From an uncultured Defluviicoccus sp. (GTDB lineage: Bacteria > Pseudomonadota > Alphaproteobacteria > Rhodospirillales > Defluviicoccaceae), in assembly GCA_964401555.1 (NCBI GenBank), contig CAYNYW010000007.1:64201-128200 (forward strand): a stretch of 64,000 bases of DNA. The letters run 5' to 3'. Below the pieces are notes generated by a model. That model was not told the origin of the DNA. It saw nothing but the letters and a program-made list of their open reading frames with translations, and ran no database searches. Shown piece after piece: positions 9,539 through 18,218 of this stretch. Made by a program: the position numbers and the translations under genes. Within the stretch, counting starts at the first letter, position 1; each line of letters starts with the position of its first letter.

Positions 9539-9714
9539 CCCGGGCATCGTTGTCCCGGATCGGCAGCGACCGTTTGCGGTCGCGGCGGTTCACCAGAGGA
9601 GGCGTTCGCGCGCGCGGGCGCCTCTTGTGCGTTCCGCGAGCGTGCCACCGGTGACGCGAGACTGACCGGCCGGGCCGTCTCACCGGCTGCGCGTAATCTG
9701 CGCAGCGTCGGGCG

Positions 9715-11040
9715 GTGATGGTCACCGGATGGGGGGGGGATAACGTCATGGTCGCGTCGCCGTTCCTTTCGCACCGCCGGCTCGCGCTGGCGCTCGCCCC
9801 TGTCGTTGTGTTTCTCGCAGCCTTGGGCGCTGTCGGCGCCCTATCGCCGCTGGCCGGCAGCATCGCCCTGGCGCTGCTCGCAGGCGGCGGGTGGTGGTTC
9901 TTCAGTGCTTCGCCGCCACCGCCCCCCAGCCCCGCCCTTGAGGCGCCGCCGGTGCCGGTGCCGATCGCCGATGGCTTGCTTGAAAGCCTGCCCGACCCGG
10001 TCCTGGTGATCGACGCCCGCCGTCGGATCATCGCCGCAAATGCCCGCGCGCGGGAGACGCTCTCCATCACCAACCTCGGTCGCGACCTCGCCTTGAGCCT
10101 GCGGCACCCCGAAGCGCTGCTGGCCACCGACGAGGCGATCGCCGGACGACCGGTGGTCAAGGAGGACGTCCGTCTGGCGACGCCGGCGCCTCGCACGTTT
10201 ACCCTCTATGCGACGGCGTTGCCGGGTGCTGCCGGCCCGGATGGCGTCGTGCTCGTGTTGCGCGACGAAACCCGCGCCAGACGTGCCGAGCGCAGCCGGG
10301 CCGATTTCGTCGCCAACGCCAGCCACGAACTGCGCTCGCCGCTGTCCGCGCTGATCGGTTTCATCGAGACCCTGCGCGGGCCGGCGACCGACGACACCGC
10401 CGCGCGCGAGCGTTTCTTGCGGCTGATGCACGCCGAGGCGACGCGGATGGCGCGACTGATCGATGATCTGATGTCGCTCGTCCGCGTCGAGATCGACGAG
10501 CACGTGCCGCCCAGGGACGCCGTGCACCTCGACGATCTGTTGCGGATCACCGCCGAGACCCTGCACGGCCGGGCGGCGGCCAAGCAGATGACCATCGACA
10601 TCGACTGCCCGCGCGATCTCCCGGAGGTGATCGGCGACGACGATCAGCTCATTCAGGTCTTTCACAATCTCGTCGACAACGCGGTGAAATACGGCCGGGA
10701 GTCCACGCCCATCGGTATCCGCGCGCGGTTCGTCGAACGCCATCCCGAGGCCGGCGTGCCGGGCGTCGTCATCACGGTCAGCGACCAGGGCGAGGGCATC
10801 GCCGCCGAGCACCTGCCGCGGCTGACCGAGCGGTTCTATCGGGCCGATGCGGGCCGCTCCCGTCGCATGGGCGGCACCGGCCTCGGGCTCGCCATCGTCA
10901 AGCACATCGTCAATCGCCACCGCGGCCGGCTGTCCATCGCCAGCGAACTCAAGGTCGGCAGCACGGTGTCGGTGTTCCTGCCGTGCGCCATCGACGCCGG
11001 CAACACCTCCCCCGGCAGTGCCTGCCGTTCGTCGTCCTGA
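9715..11040 (+). CDS. phoR: phosphate regulon sensor histidine kinase PhoR
   Basis: Shows two N-terminal hydrophobic segments, a PAS-like region, H-box FVANASHELRSPL, N box NLVDNAVKYG and G box GGTGLGLAIVKH. Position is next to pstSCAB-phoU-phoB. True start possibly the ATG at 9748. Confidence 0.85.
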   Translation: MMVTGWGGDNVMVASPFLSHRRLALALAPVVVFLAALGAVGALSPLAGSIALALLAGGGWWFFSASPPPPPSPALEAPPVPVPIADGLLESLPDPVLVIDARRRIIAANARARETLSITNLGRDLALSLRHPEALLATDEAIAGRPVVKEDVRLATPAPRTFTLYATALPGAAGPDGVVLVLRDETRARRAERSRADFVANASHELRSPLSALIGFIETLRGPATDDTAARERFLRLMHAEATRMARLIDDLMSLVRVEIDEHVPPRDAVHLDDLLRITAETLHGRAAAKQMTIDIDCPRDLPEVIGDDDQLIQVFHNLVDNAVKYGRESTPIGIRARFVERHPEAGVPGVVITVSDQGEGIAAEHLPRLTERFYRADAGRSRRMGGTGLGLAIVKHIVNRHRGRLSIASELKVGSTVSVFLPCAIDAGNTSPGSACRSSS

Positions 11041-11114
11041 GAGCAACGGAGCAAAGGCGCGCCCTCCGGCGGCCTTGATTACGCTGACCGCGCGGTGGAC
11101 GCGCTTAACGACCC

Positions 11115-11387
11115 TTAACCCGCTGTCGTGGGATCGATCTTCTTCGAGATTTCGACGATACGGTTGGCCGGAAAACCACTGATCTCGGCATGTTTGCGAA
11201 TGACCTCTTCGTCTTTCGCAAGGTAGACACAAAATGTCCGATCCGCGGCAACGAAGGATTCCACCCACTGAATGTCCGGCGCTAGGGCGGCGAGTGCTTC
11301 ATTCGATTTTGCCGAAGCGGCGCACAGTTGCTCCGGTCCCAGGCTCCCAACGTCCGGTATCTCGCGTTCGATGACGTAACGGCGCAT
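11115..11387 (-). CDS. DUF4242 (SCO4226-like) small protein
   Basis: Part of ORF 11115..11447. MRRYVIEREIPDVGSLGPEQL...WVESFVAADRTFCVYLA resembles the DUF4242 family as I recall it. Confidence 0.55.
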   Translation of the reverse strand: MRRYVIEREIPDVGSLGPEQLCAASAKSNEALAALAPDIQWVESFVAADRTFCVYLAKDEEVIRKHAEISGFPANRIVEISKKIDPTTAG

Positions 11388-11579
11388 GACATCCTCCCGT
11401 GGCTTCTGGGTTTCGCTGAAGAGGGTATATCCCATCCTCGCCTTCACTCAGAACGATGCCTCGATGTCTCCCGGACGTCCATCTCTTTGAGTGCACTTCC
11501 TTATGTGCACCTTCGGCACAAACAGATGGATCGTCTGCCCGTATCAGTCCAGCAGAGCGGGCGCCTGCACCTTAGCCAA

Positions 11580-11607
11580 AGTCATAAAAGTGTCACGTAA
11601 TTGTCGT
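11580..11607 (+). promoter_or_regulatory. Pho box: three direct heptamer-like repeats with 11-bp periodicity (aGTCAT-aaaag-TGTCAC-gtaat-TGTCGT)
   Basis: Read directly, about 114 bp upstream of pstS. Matches the CTGTCAT-N4-CTGTCAT type PhoB site. A possible -10 TAGAGT lies at 11629-11634. Confidence 0.65.
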
Positions 11608-11720
11608 AAAGTGGCAGCGCGGCACGCCTAGAGTAACGGCGCCGAGGGGTCGGGCCGCGAACGGGCGCTGCGCGTGGTGGCGCATGCGGCAGTCTTGTCA
11701 AGTGGGACTAGAGGGAGTTT

Positions 11721-12758
11721 GTGATGATTCGCAAGACGTTAGCCGTCGCCATCGTGGCAACGGTCGCCAGCATCAGTGCCGCCCAAGCGCGCGACCAGAT
11801 CCGCATCGTCGGTTCCTCGACGGTGTTTCCGTTCGCGACCCGCGTCGCCGAGGAATTCGGCAAGACCACGAAATTCAAGACCCCGGTGATCGAAAGCACC
11901 GGCACCGGCGGCGGCTTCAAGCTGTTCTGCGCCGGCGTCGGCGTCGATCACCCAGACATCTCGGATGCGTCGCGGGCGATTAAGAAATCCGAAATGGAAA
12001 CTTGCGCCAAGAACGGCGTCGCCGAGATCACCGAGATCAAGATCGGCTACGACGGGATCGTCGTCGCCAATTCCAAGGCATCGCCGAAGATGAACATCAC
12101 GCTTGAGCAGTTGTATCTGGCGCTTGCCAAGGATGTTCCCGACGGCAAGGGTGGCCTGCAGCCCAATCCCAACAAGATGTGGAGCGACGTCGACCCGTCG
12201 TTGCCGAAGGTGAAGATCGAGGTCCTCGGCCCGCCGCCGACGTCCGGTACCCGCGACGCTTTCAGCGAGCTTGCCATGGAGGGCGGTTGCGGCAAGATCA
12301 AGGCGCTCGACGAGCTCAAGAAGACGGATGAGAAGAAGCACAAGGCGGTGTGCCAGGGTATCCGCGAGGACGGCGCGTACATCGAGGCTGGCGAGAACGA
12401 CGTCCTGATCGTCCGCAAGCTCGAAGCCAACAAGAATGCCTTCGGGATCTTCGGCTACAGCTTCCTCGACCAGAACAAGGACAAGATCCAGGGCAGCAAG
12501 ATCGAGGGGATCGAGGACACCTACGACAACATTTCGTCGGGCAAGTACCCGATCTCCCGTTCGCTGTACATCTACGTCAAGAAGGCGCACGTAGGCGTCA
12601 TCCCCGGCATCCGCGAGTACCTGACCGAGTTCACCAGCGACAAGGCGTGGGGGCCTGAAGGTTACCTCGCCGACAAGGGGCTGATCGCTTTGCCCGATGC
12701 CGAGCGCTCGAAATGGCGCACCGAGGCAATGAACCTCGTGACCAACGTCAACATGTAG
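11721..12758 (+). CDS. pstS: phosphate ABC transporter substrate-binding protein PstS
   Basis: Signal peptide MIRKTLAVAIVATVASISAAQA, followed by IRIVGSSTVFPF. First gene of the pst operon. Confidence 0.9.
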   Translation: MMIRKTLAVAIVATVASISAAQARDQIRIVGSSTVFPFATRVAEEFGKTTKFKTPVIESTGTGGGFKLFCAGVGVDHPDISDASRAIKKSEMETCAKNGVAEITEIKIGYDGIVVANSKASPKMNITLEQLYLALAKDVPDGKGGLQPNPNKMWSDVDPSLPKVKIEVLGPPPTSGTRDAFSELAMEGGCGKIKALDELKKTDEKKHKAVCQGIREDGAYIEAGENDVLIVRKLEANKNAFGIFGYSFLDQNKDKIQGSKIEGIEDTYDNISSGKYPISRSLYIYVKKAHVGVIPGIREYLTEFTSDKAWGPEGYLADKGLIALPDAERSKWRTEAMNLVTNVNM

Positions 12759-12773
12759 AATTGGCCGGCTTGC

Positions 12774-12821
12774 GGGCGGCACCGGCGCCGAGGGGGGGAG
12801 CCTGTCGGTGCCGCCCGTTTT
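12774..12821 (+). terminator. GC-rich hairpin plus T-tract between pstS and pstC (intra-operon attenuator/terminator)
   Basis: GGGCGGCACCG (12774-12784) pairs with CGGTGCCGCCC (12806-12816). It is followed by GTTTT. Confidence 0.6.
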
Positions 12822-12961
12822 CCCGCCGTGTGCAAGCCGTCCCTAGGATCAGAGCTCCGGCGGCGCACAGTCGCGCAGCCGCCACCACCACCTCATCTGA
12901 GACCGTCGTGAACGGCAATAAACAACAATAACAAGATCAAGCGGAGCTGCGGGACCATTCG

Positions 12962-14344
12962 ATGTCATTGAGCGTGTTGATCGCAATCCTTCTCGCGCTC
13001 TCTGCGGCGGCGTTTCATCTGGGACGGAAGCGGGCGCTGCAAACGGCCGGCGGACGACCGCGCAGCCTGCATTCATTGCCATCCTATTACGGCTATTACG
13101 TTGCTGTCTGGTGCGCCCTGCCGGCTTTGCTGGTTCTTGCGGTGTGGCTGGTGGTCGAACCGGCGTTGATCGAGCGGCTCGTGGTGCATGGTCTGACCGA
13201 CGCGCACCGAACATTGCCGGCCGATCGGCTGGGCCTGCTGCTGAACGACATCCGCAACTATGCCACGGGCGACGCGGTCAGCCGGAGCGTTGCACCGGAG
13301 GTGGCGGCAGCAGCGGACAGCTATAACCGGATGCGCGGCACCAGCCGACTGGCGCTGGCGTTGATCGTGCTCGCGTTCGGCATCGGTGGCCTTACTTACG
13401 CGCGCCACAGCATCACCGCAAGATTGCGCGCCCGCAACCAAGTTGAAGCGGTGATCCGCTGGCTCCTGATCATCAGTTCGACGATTGCGGTGCTGACCAC
13501 CGTCGGCATCGTTTTGTCGTTAATTGTCGAGGCATGGCGGTTCTTTTCGCGAGTCCCGCTGACGGATTTCCTGTTCGGCCTCGAATGGAGTCCGCAGATC
13601 GCCCTGCGCAAGGATCAGGTGGGAGCCTCGGGCGCCTTCGGCGCCGTACCCTTGTTCGCCGGCACGCTGATGATCTCGCTCATCGCCATGTGCGTGGCGA
13701 TGCCGATCGGATTGTTGTCCGCCATCTACATGGCCGAATACGCGAATCCGCGGGTGCGCGCCGTGGTCAAGCCGGTTCTCGAAATCCTGGCCGGCATCCC
13801 GACCGTTGTCTATGGATTCTTTGCGGCCCTGACGGTGGCACCGCTTTTCAGGGACTTAGGCGCCTCCCTGGGCCTCCCGGTCTCGTCGGAAAGCGCGCTC
13901 GCCGCCGGCAGCGTCATGGGGATCATGATCATTCCCTTCGTCTCGTCGCTGTCGGACGACGTGATCACCGCGGTGCCGCAAGCGATGCGCGAGGGCTCCT
14001 ACGGCCTCGGCGCCACGCAATCCGAGACCATCCGCAAGGTGATCATTCCGGCGGCGCTGCCCGGCATCGTCGGTGGATTTCTGCTCGCGGTCTCGCGGGC
14101 CATCGGCGAGACGATGATCGTGGTCATGGCCGCCGGGCTGTCCGCCAACCTGACGTTCAATCCCATGGATGCGGTCACCACCATAACGGTGCAGATCGCG
14201 ACGCTGCTCGTCGGCGACCAGGAATTCGACAGCTCGAAGACGCTCGCGGCCTTCGCGCTTGGTCTTGTCCTGTTTTTTGTCACCCTTGGCATCAACGTGA
14301 TCGCGCTGCGCATCGTCCGAAAGTACAGGGAGCAATATGAGTAA
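12962..14344 (+). CDS. pstC: phosphate ABC transporter permease PstC
   Basis: 460-aa polytopic membrane ORF with the permease EAA-type region AMREGSYGLGATQSETIRKVIIPAALPGI. Confidence 0.9.
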   Translation: MSLSVLIAILLALSAAAFHLGRKRALQTAGGRPRSLHSLPSYYGYYVAVWCALPALLVLAVWLVVEPALIERLVVHGLTDAHRTLPADRLGLLLNDIRNYATGDAVSRSVAPEVAAAADSYNRMRGTSRLALALIVLAFGIGGLTYARHSITARLRARNQVEAVIRWLLIISSTIAVLTTVGIVLSLIVEAWRFFSRVPLTDFLFGLEWSPQIALRKDQVGASGAFGAVPLFAGTLMISLIAMCVAMPIGLLSAIYMAEYANPRVRAVVKPVLEILAGIPTVVYGFFAALTVAPLFRDLGASLGLPVSSESALAAGSVMGIMIIPFVSSLSDDVITAVPQAMREGSYGLGATQSETIRKVIIPAALPGIVGGFLLAVSRAIGETMIVVMAAGLSANLTFNPMDAVTTITVQIATLLVGDQEFDSSKTLAAFALGLVLFFVTLGINVIALRIVRKYREQYE

Positions 14345-15662
14345 CCTCGCGATGGGGGATGCGCAGCCGCCCGTGAAGGACGAGCGCGATCGCGTCGCCA
14401 AGGCGGTGGCCGCCGGTCTCAAGCGCCGCTATGCCGCCGAGCGCCGGTTCCGCCTGTACGGGCGCATCGCCGTCGTGTTGTCGATCGTCATGCTTGGCGT
14501 GCTGCTGATCACCGTGGTGCGCACCGGCTACCCGGCGTTCACCCAGACGATGATCCGCCTCGACGTCACCTTGTATCCGCAGGACATCGATCCGGACGGC
14601 ACGAGGAATCCCGAGACGCTGGGAGCAGCGAATTATCAGAAGCTGGTGCGCGAGACCCTTTACGATCTGTTCCCCGACGTCACCAGCCGCGAGGATCGCC
14701 GCGAGCTTGGCGGCATGGTCAGCCCCGGCGCGACCTACATCCTGCGCGACCTGGTGCTTGCCGATCCGACCCTGATCGGCAAGCGCCTCCAGCTTCTGAT
14801 TCCGCTGAACGACGATCTCGATCAGCTTGCCAAGGGCCATATCGCGGCGGGCGACGCGGAAGCGGAACGGCGCGTCTCCGACCAGGAGATCGCCTGGTTC
14901 CAGCGCCTTAGAGATCGAGGATTGGTTGAACGGCACTTCAACCGAACGCTGTTCACCGCCGGTGATTCACGCTCGCCGGAATTGGCGGGGTTGTGGGGGT
15001 CGCTGGTCGGCTCGTTCTGGACCATCGTCCTGACGCTGGCGATGTCGTTCCCGTTGGCGGTCGGCGCGGCGATCTACCTCGAGGAGTTCGCGCCGAAGAA
15101 CCGCTGGACCGACATCATCGAGGTCAACATCAACAATCTCGCCGCTGTGCCGTCCATTGTGTTCGGCCTGCTCGGGCTCGCCGTGTTCATCAACTTCCTT
15201 GGGTTGCCGCGCTCGGTGCCACTGGTGGCCGCGATGGTCCTGGCGCTGATCGTCCTGCCGACCATCGTCATCGCCAGCCGCGCCGCGCTCAAGGCGGTGC
15301 CGCCTTCGATCCGCGAGGCGGCACTCGGCGTCGGTGCGTCGAAGATGCAGACCACCTTCCACCACGTGGTGCCGCTGGCGCTGCCCGGCATGCTGACCGG
15401 CACCATCATCGGCATGGCGCACGCCCTCGGCGAGACCGCGCCGTTGCTGATGATCGGCATGGTGGCCTTCATCGTCGATATCCCAGGTGGTCCGCTCGAT
15501 CCGGCGACGGTGATGCCGGTGCAGATCTATTTGTGGTCGGATGCGCCGGAGCGCGCCTTCGTCGAGCGGGCATCGGCGGCGATCATGGTTCTTCTGGGTT
15601 TTCTCATCGCGATGAACCTGGTTGCCGTCGTCCTGCGCAAACGGTTCGAGCGGAAATGGTAA
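14337..15662 (+). CDS. pstA: phosphate ABC transporter permease PstA
   Basis: 441-aa membrane ORF overlapping pstC by 8 nt. Shows [29 protein letters not shown]. Confidence 0.9.
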   Translation: MSNLAMGDAQPPVKDERDRVAKAVAAGLKRRYAAERRFRLYGRIAVVLSIVMLGVLLITVVRTGYPAFTQTMIRLDVTLYPQDIDPDGTRNPETLGAANYQKLVRETLYDLFPDVTSREDRRELGGMVSPGATYILRDLVLADPTLIGKRLQLLIPLNDDLDQLAKGHIAAGDAEAERRVSDQEIAWFQRLRDRGLVERHFNRTLFTAGDSRSPELAGLWGSLVGSFWTIVLTLAMSFPLAVGAAIYLEEFAPKNRWTDIIEVNINNLAAVPSIVFGLLGLAVFINFLGLPRSVPLVAAMVLALIVLPTIVIASRAALKAVPPSIREAALGVGASKMQTTFHHVVPLALPGMLTGTIIGMAHALGETAPLLMIGMVAFIVDIPGGPLDPATVMPVQIYLWSDAPERAFVERASAAIMVLLGFLIAMNLVAVVLRKRFERKW

Positions 15663-15726
15663 CGGGACCAAAAGAGCTTTGCCGTCCGGCGGCAGTGCCT
15701 GCACGATCGGAAGGGAGCAACAAGGG

Positions 15727-16554
15727 ATGACCGAAATGTCGTCGCAGTTTGTGCGACCGTCAGCCACAGGCGAAGCCGTTCCACGGCCGCAGACAGAGGT
15801 GCCGGCGTTCGTAACCGAGAAAGTGTGCGTTTCGTATGGGACCAAGCCAGCGCTCAAGGATGTCTCCCTCGACATCTACAAGAATCAGGTCACCGCGCTG
15901 ATCGGCCCGTCGGGCTGCGGGAAGTCGACCTACTTGCGCTGCCTCAACCGCATGAACGATACCATCGCCGGCTGCACGGTGACCGGGCGGATCCTGCTCG
16001 ATGGCGACGATATCTACGCCAGGGAAATGGATGTCGTGCACTTACGCGCGCGCGTCGGCATGGTGTTCCAGAAACCCAATCCGTTCCCGAAATCGATCTA
16101 CGAGAACGTCGCCTACGGGCCGCGCATCCACGGCATTGCCGGCAACAAGACCGAGCTCGACGAGATCGTGCATCGAAGCCTCGAGAAGGCCGGTCTTCTG
16201 AAGGAGGTGCGCGACCGCCTCGATCAACCCGGCACCGGTCTTTCCGGCGGCCAGCAGCAGCGACTATGCATCGCGCGCGCCATCGCCGTGCAGCCGGAGG
16301 TGATCTTGATGGACGAGCCGTGCTCGGCGCTTGATCCGATCGCGACCGCCAAGATCGAGGAACTGATGGAGGAACTGTGCGCCAACTACACTATCGTCAT
16401 CGTCACGCATTCGATGCAGCAGGCGGCGCGTGTCTCCCAGCGAACCGGATTCTTCCACTTGGGAATCCTGGTGGAGACCGGCGATACCGAGCAGATCTTT
16501 ACCAATCCGCGGGAACGGCGGACGCAGGACTACATCACCGGCCGCTTCGGCTAG
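15727..16554 (+). CDS. pstB: phosphate ABC transporter ATP-binding protein PstB
   Basis: Shows Walker [10 protein letters not shown], signature [14 protein letters not shown], Walker [12 protein letters not shown] and C-terminal [10 protein letters not shown]. Internal ATG chosen. Confidence 0.9.
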   Translation: MTEMSSQFVRPSATGEAVPRPQTEVPAFVTEKVCVSYGTKPALKDVSLDIYKNQVTALIGPSGCGKSTYLRCLNRMNDTIAGCTVTGRILLDGDDIYAREMDVVHLRARVGMVFQKPNPFPKSIYENVAYGPRIHGIAGNKTELDEIVHRSLEKAGLLKEVRDRLDQPGTGLSGGQQQRLCIARAIAVQPEVILMDEPCSALDPIATAKIEELMEELCANYTIVIVTHSMQQAARVSQRTGFFHLGILVETGDTEQIFTNPRERRTQDYITGRFG

Positions 16555-16591
16555 GCAGCGTATCGTCGTTCGCGCGAAGGGAACCCCCGTC

Positions 16592-17311
16592 ATGAGCTCC
16601 GAACATACCGTCCGCTCCTTCGATGACGATCTGAAGCGTCTCGATCACCTGATCGCGGAGATGGGGGGGCTGGCAGAGGTACAGCTCGCCGGCGCCATCG
16701 AGGCGCTGGTCCAGCGCGACGTCGAGAAGGCGGCCGCGATCATCTCCGCCGATCGGCGCATCGACGTGCTCGAAACCCAGGTCGACCAGCACACCATTGC
16801 CATGCTGGCCCGCCGCCAGCCGATGGCGAGCGACCTGCGCGAGATCGTGGGCGCCTTGAAGACTTCGAGCATGATCGAGCGGATCGGCGACTACGCCAAG
16901 AACATCGCCAAGCGCACCGCGGCCATCGTGGAGACGACACCGGTGCCGTCCGCACAGACGGTGGCGCGACTGGGACAGCTCGCGCAGGCGATGATCAAGG
17001 ACGTGCTCGACGCCTATCTCGCCCGTGACCGCGACAAGGCAGATGCCGTCCGCTTACGCGACCGCGAACTCGACGCCCTGCACACAGCCATTTTCCGCGA
17101 GTTGCTGACCTACATGATGGAAGACCCGCGCAGCATTTCCGCGTGCACGCACCTGCTGTTCGTCGCCAAGCACATGGAGCGGATCGGCGATCACGCCACC
17201 AACATCGCGGAAATCGTCCACTTCCTCGTCACCGGTGAGGCCCCGACCGACCAGCGGCCGCGCGGAGATGAGAGCGAATTCGTCGTCGCCGATGTGGCCG
17301 CGCGGCACTGA
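16592..17311 (+). CDS. phoU: phosphate signalling regulator PhoU
   Basis: Begins MSSEHTVRSFDDDLKRL. Shows the duplicated motif E/DRIGDYAKNIA and ERIGDHATNIAE. Confidence 0.9.
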   Translation: MSSEHTVRSFDDDLKRLDHLIAEMGGLAEVQLAGAIEALVQRDVEKAAAIISADRRIDVLETQVDQHTIAMLARRQPMASDLREIVGALKTSSMIERIGDYAKNIAKRTAAIVETTPVPSAQTVARLGQLAQAMIKDVLDAYLARDRDKADAVRLRDRELDALHTAIFRELLTYMMEDPRSISACTHLLFVAKHMERIGDHATNIAEIVHFLVTGEAPTDQRPRGDESEFVVADVAARH

Positions 17312-18052
17312 GTGAACCGGGACGTGGGGAGCCTGCAACCAGTGAAACCGAAAATCCTGATCGTCGAGGACGAGGAAGCGCAGGCGGAGTTGCTGCGCTA
17401 CAACTTCGAGCGCGAAGGCTTCGCGGTAACCATGGCCCAGGACGGCGACGAGGCACTGCTTGCGGTCGAGGAAAAGGAGCCCGACATCGCCCTGATCGAC
17501 TGGATGCTGCCGGGACTGTCGGGAATTGCCGTCTGCCAGCGCATGCGGATGCGCTCCGAAACCCGCTCGATCCCGGTGATCATGCTCACCGCGCGCGGCG
17601 AGGAGGGCGACCGCATCCGCGGCTTCGACTGCGGCGCCGACGATTATGTGGTCAAGCCATTCTCTCCGGCCGAGTTGATCGCCCGCGTGCGCGCGGTCCT
17701 GCGCCGTTCGCGACCCTCCTTCAGCGAGGAGCGGCTGGTCTGCGGCGGCATCACCATGGATCTCGGCACCCATCGGGTGGTGCGCGGCGGTCGGCCGATC
17801 CACCTCGGTCCCACCGAGTTTCGCCTGCTGCGGCTGTTCCTGGAGCGGCCGGAACGGGTGTTCACGCGCGAACAGTTGCTCGACCGGGTGTGGGGCCGCG
17901 ACATCCACGTCGAGCTTCGCACGGTCGACGTCCACATCCGAAGGCTGCGCAAGGCGCTCGGCGCCCATGGCGACGACGACGTGATCCGCACCGTACGCGG
18001 CGCAGGCTACGCGCTCGATGCCGGCGATGGCGGCGGTGAGGCGGCGGCCTGA
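17312..18052 (+). CDS. phoB: phosphate regulon response regulator PhoB (OmpR family)
   Basis: Shows KILIVEDEE, DIALIDWMLPG, a winged-helix region LGPTEFRLLRLF and VRGAGYAL. Real start probably the GTG at 17342. Confidence 0.9.
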   Translation: MNRDVGSLQPVKPKILIVEDEEAQAELLRYNFEREGFAVTMAQDGDEALLAVEEKEPDIALIDWMLPGLSGIAVCQRMRMRSETRSIPVIMLTARGEEGDRIRGFDCGADDYVVKPFSPAELIARVRAVLRRSRPSFSEERLVCGGITMDLGTHRVVRGGRPIHLGPTEFRLLRLFLERPERVFTREQLLDRVWGRDIHVELRTVDVHIRRLRKALGAHGDDDVIRTVRGAGYALDAGDGGGEAAA

Positions 18053-18218
18053 GCGGGCCGTGGCGGCACCGGTGGTGGTGAATCGGCATAGGGCGCCGCG
18101 CCGCGCGGGCACCACCGAGCGGACGAGCCGGCACGCAAACGCTTGAAAAAACGGCCGCCTGACCGGTTTGGTCAAAAAGTTGGGTCGATAGCGCCGGTTG
18201 GGATGCTATATCTTGGGT

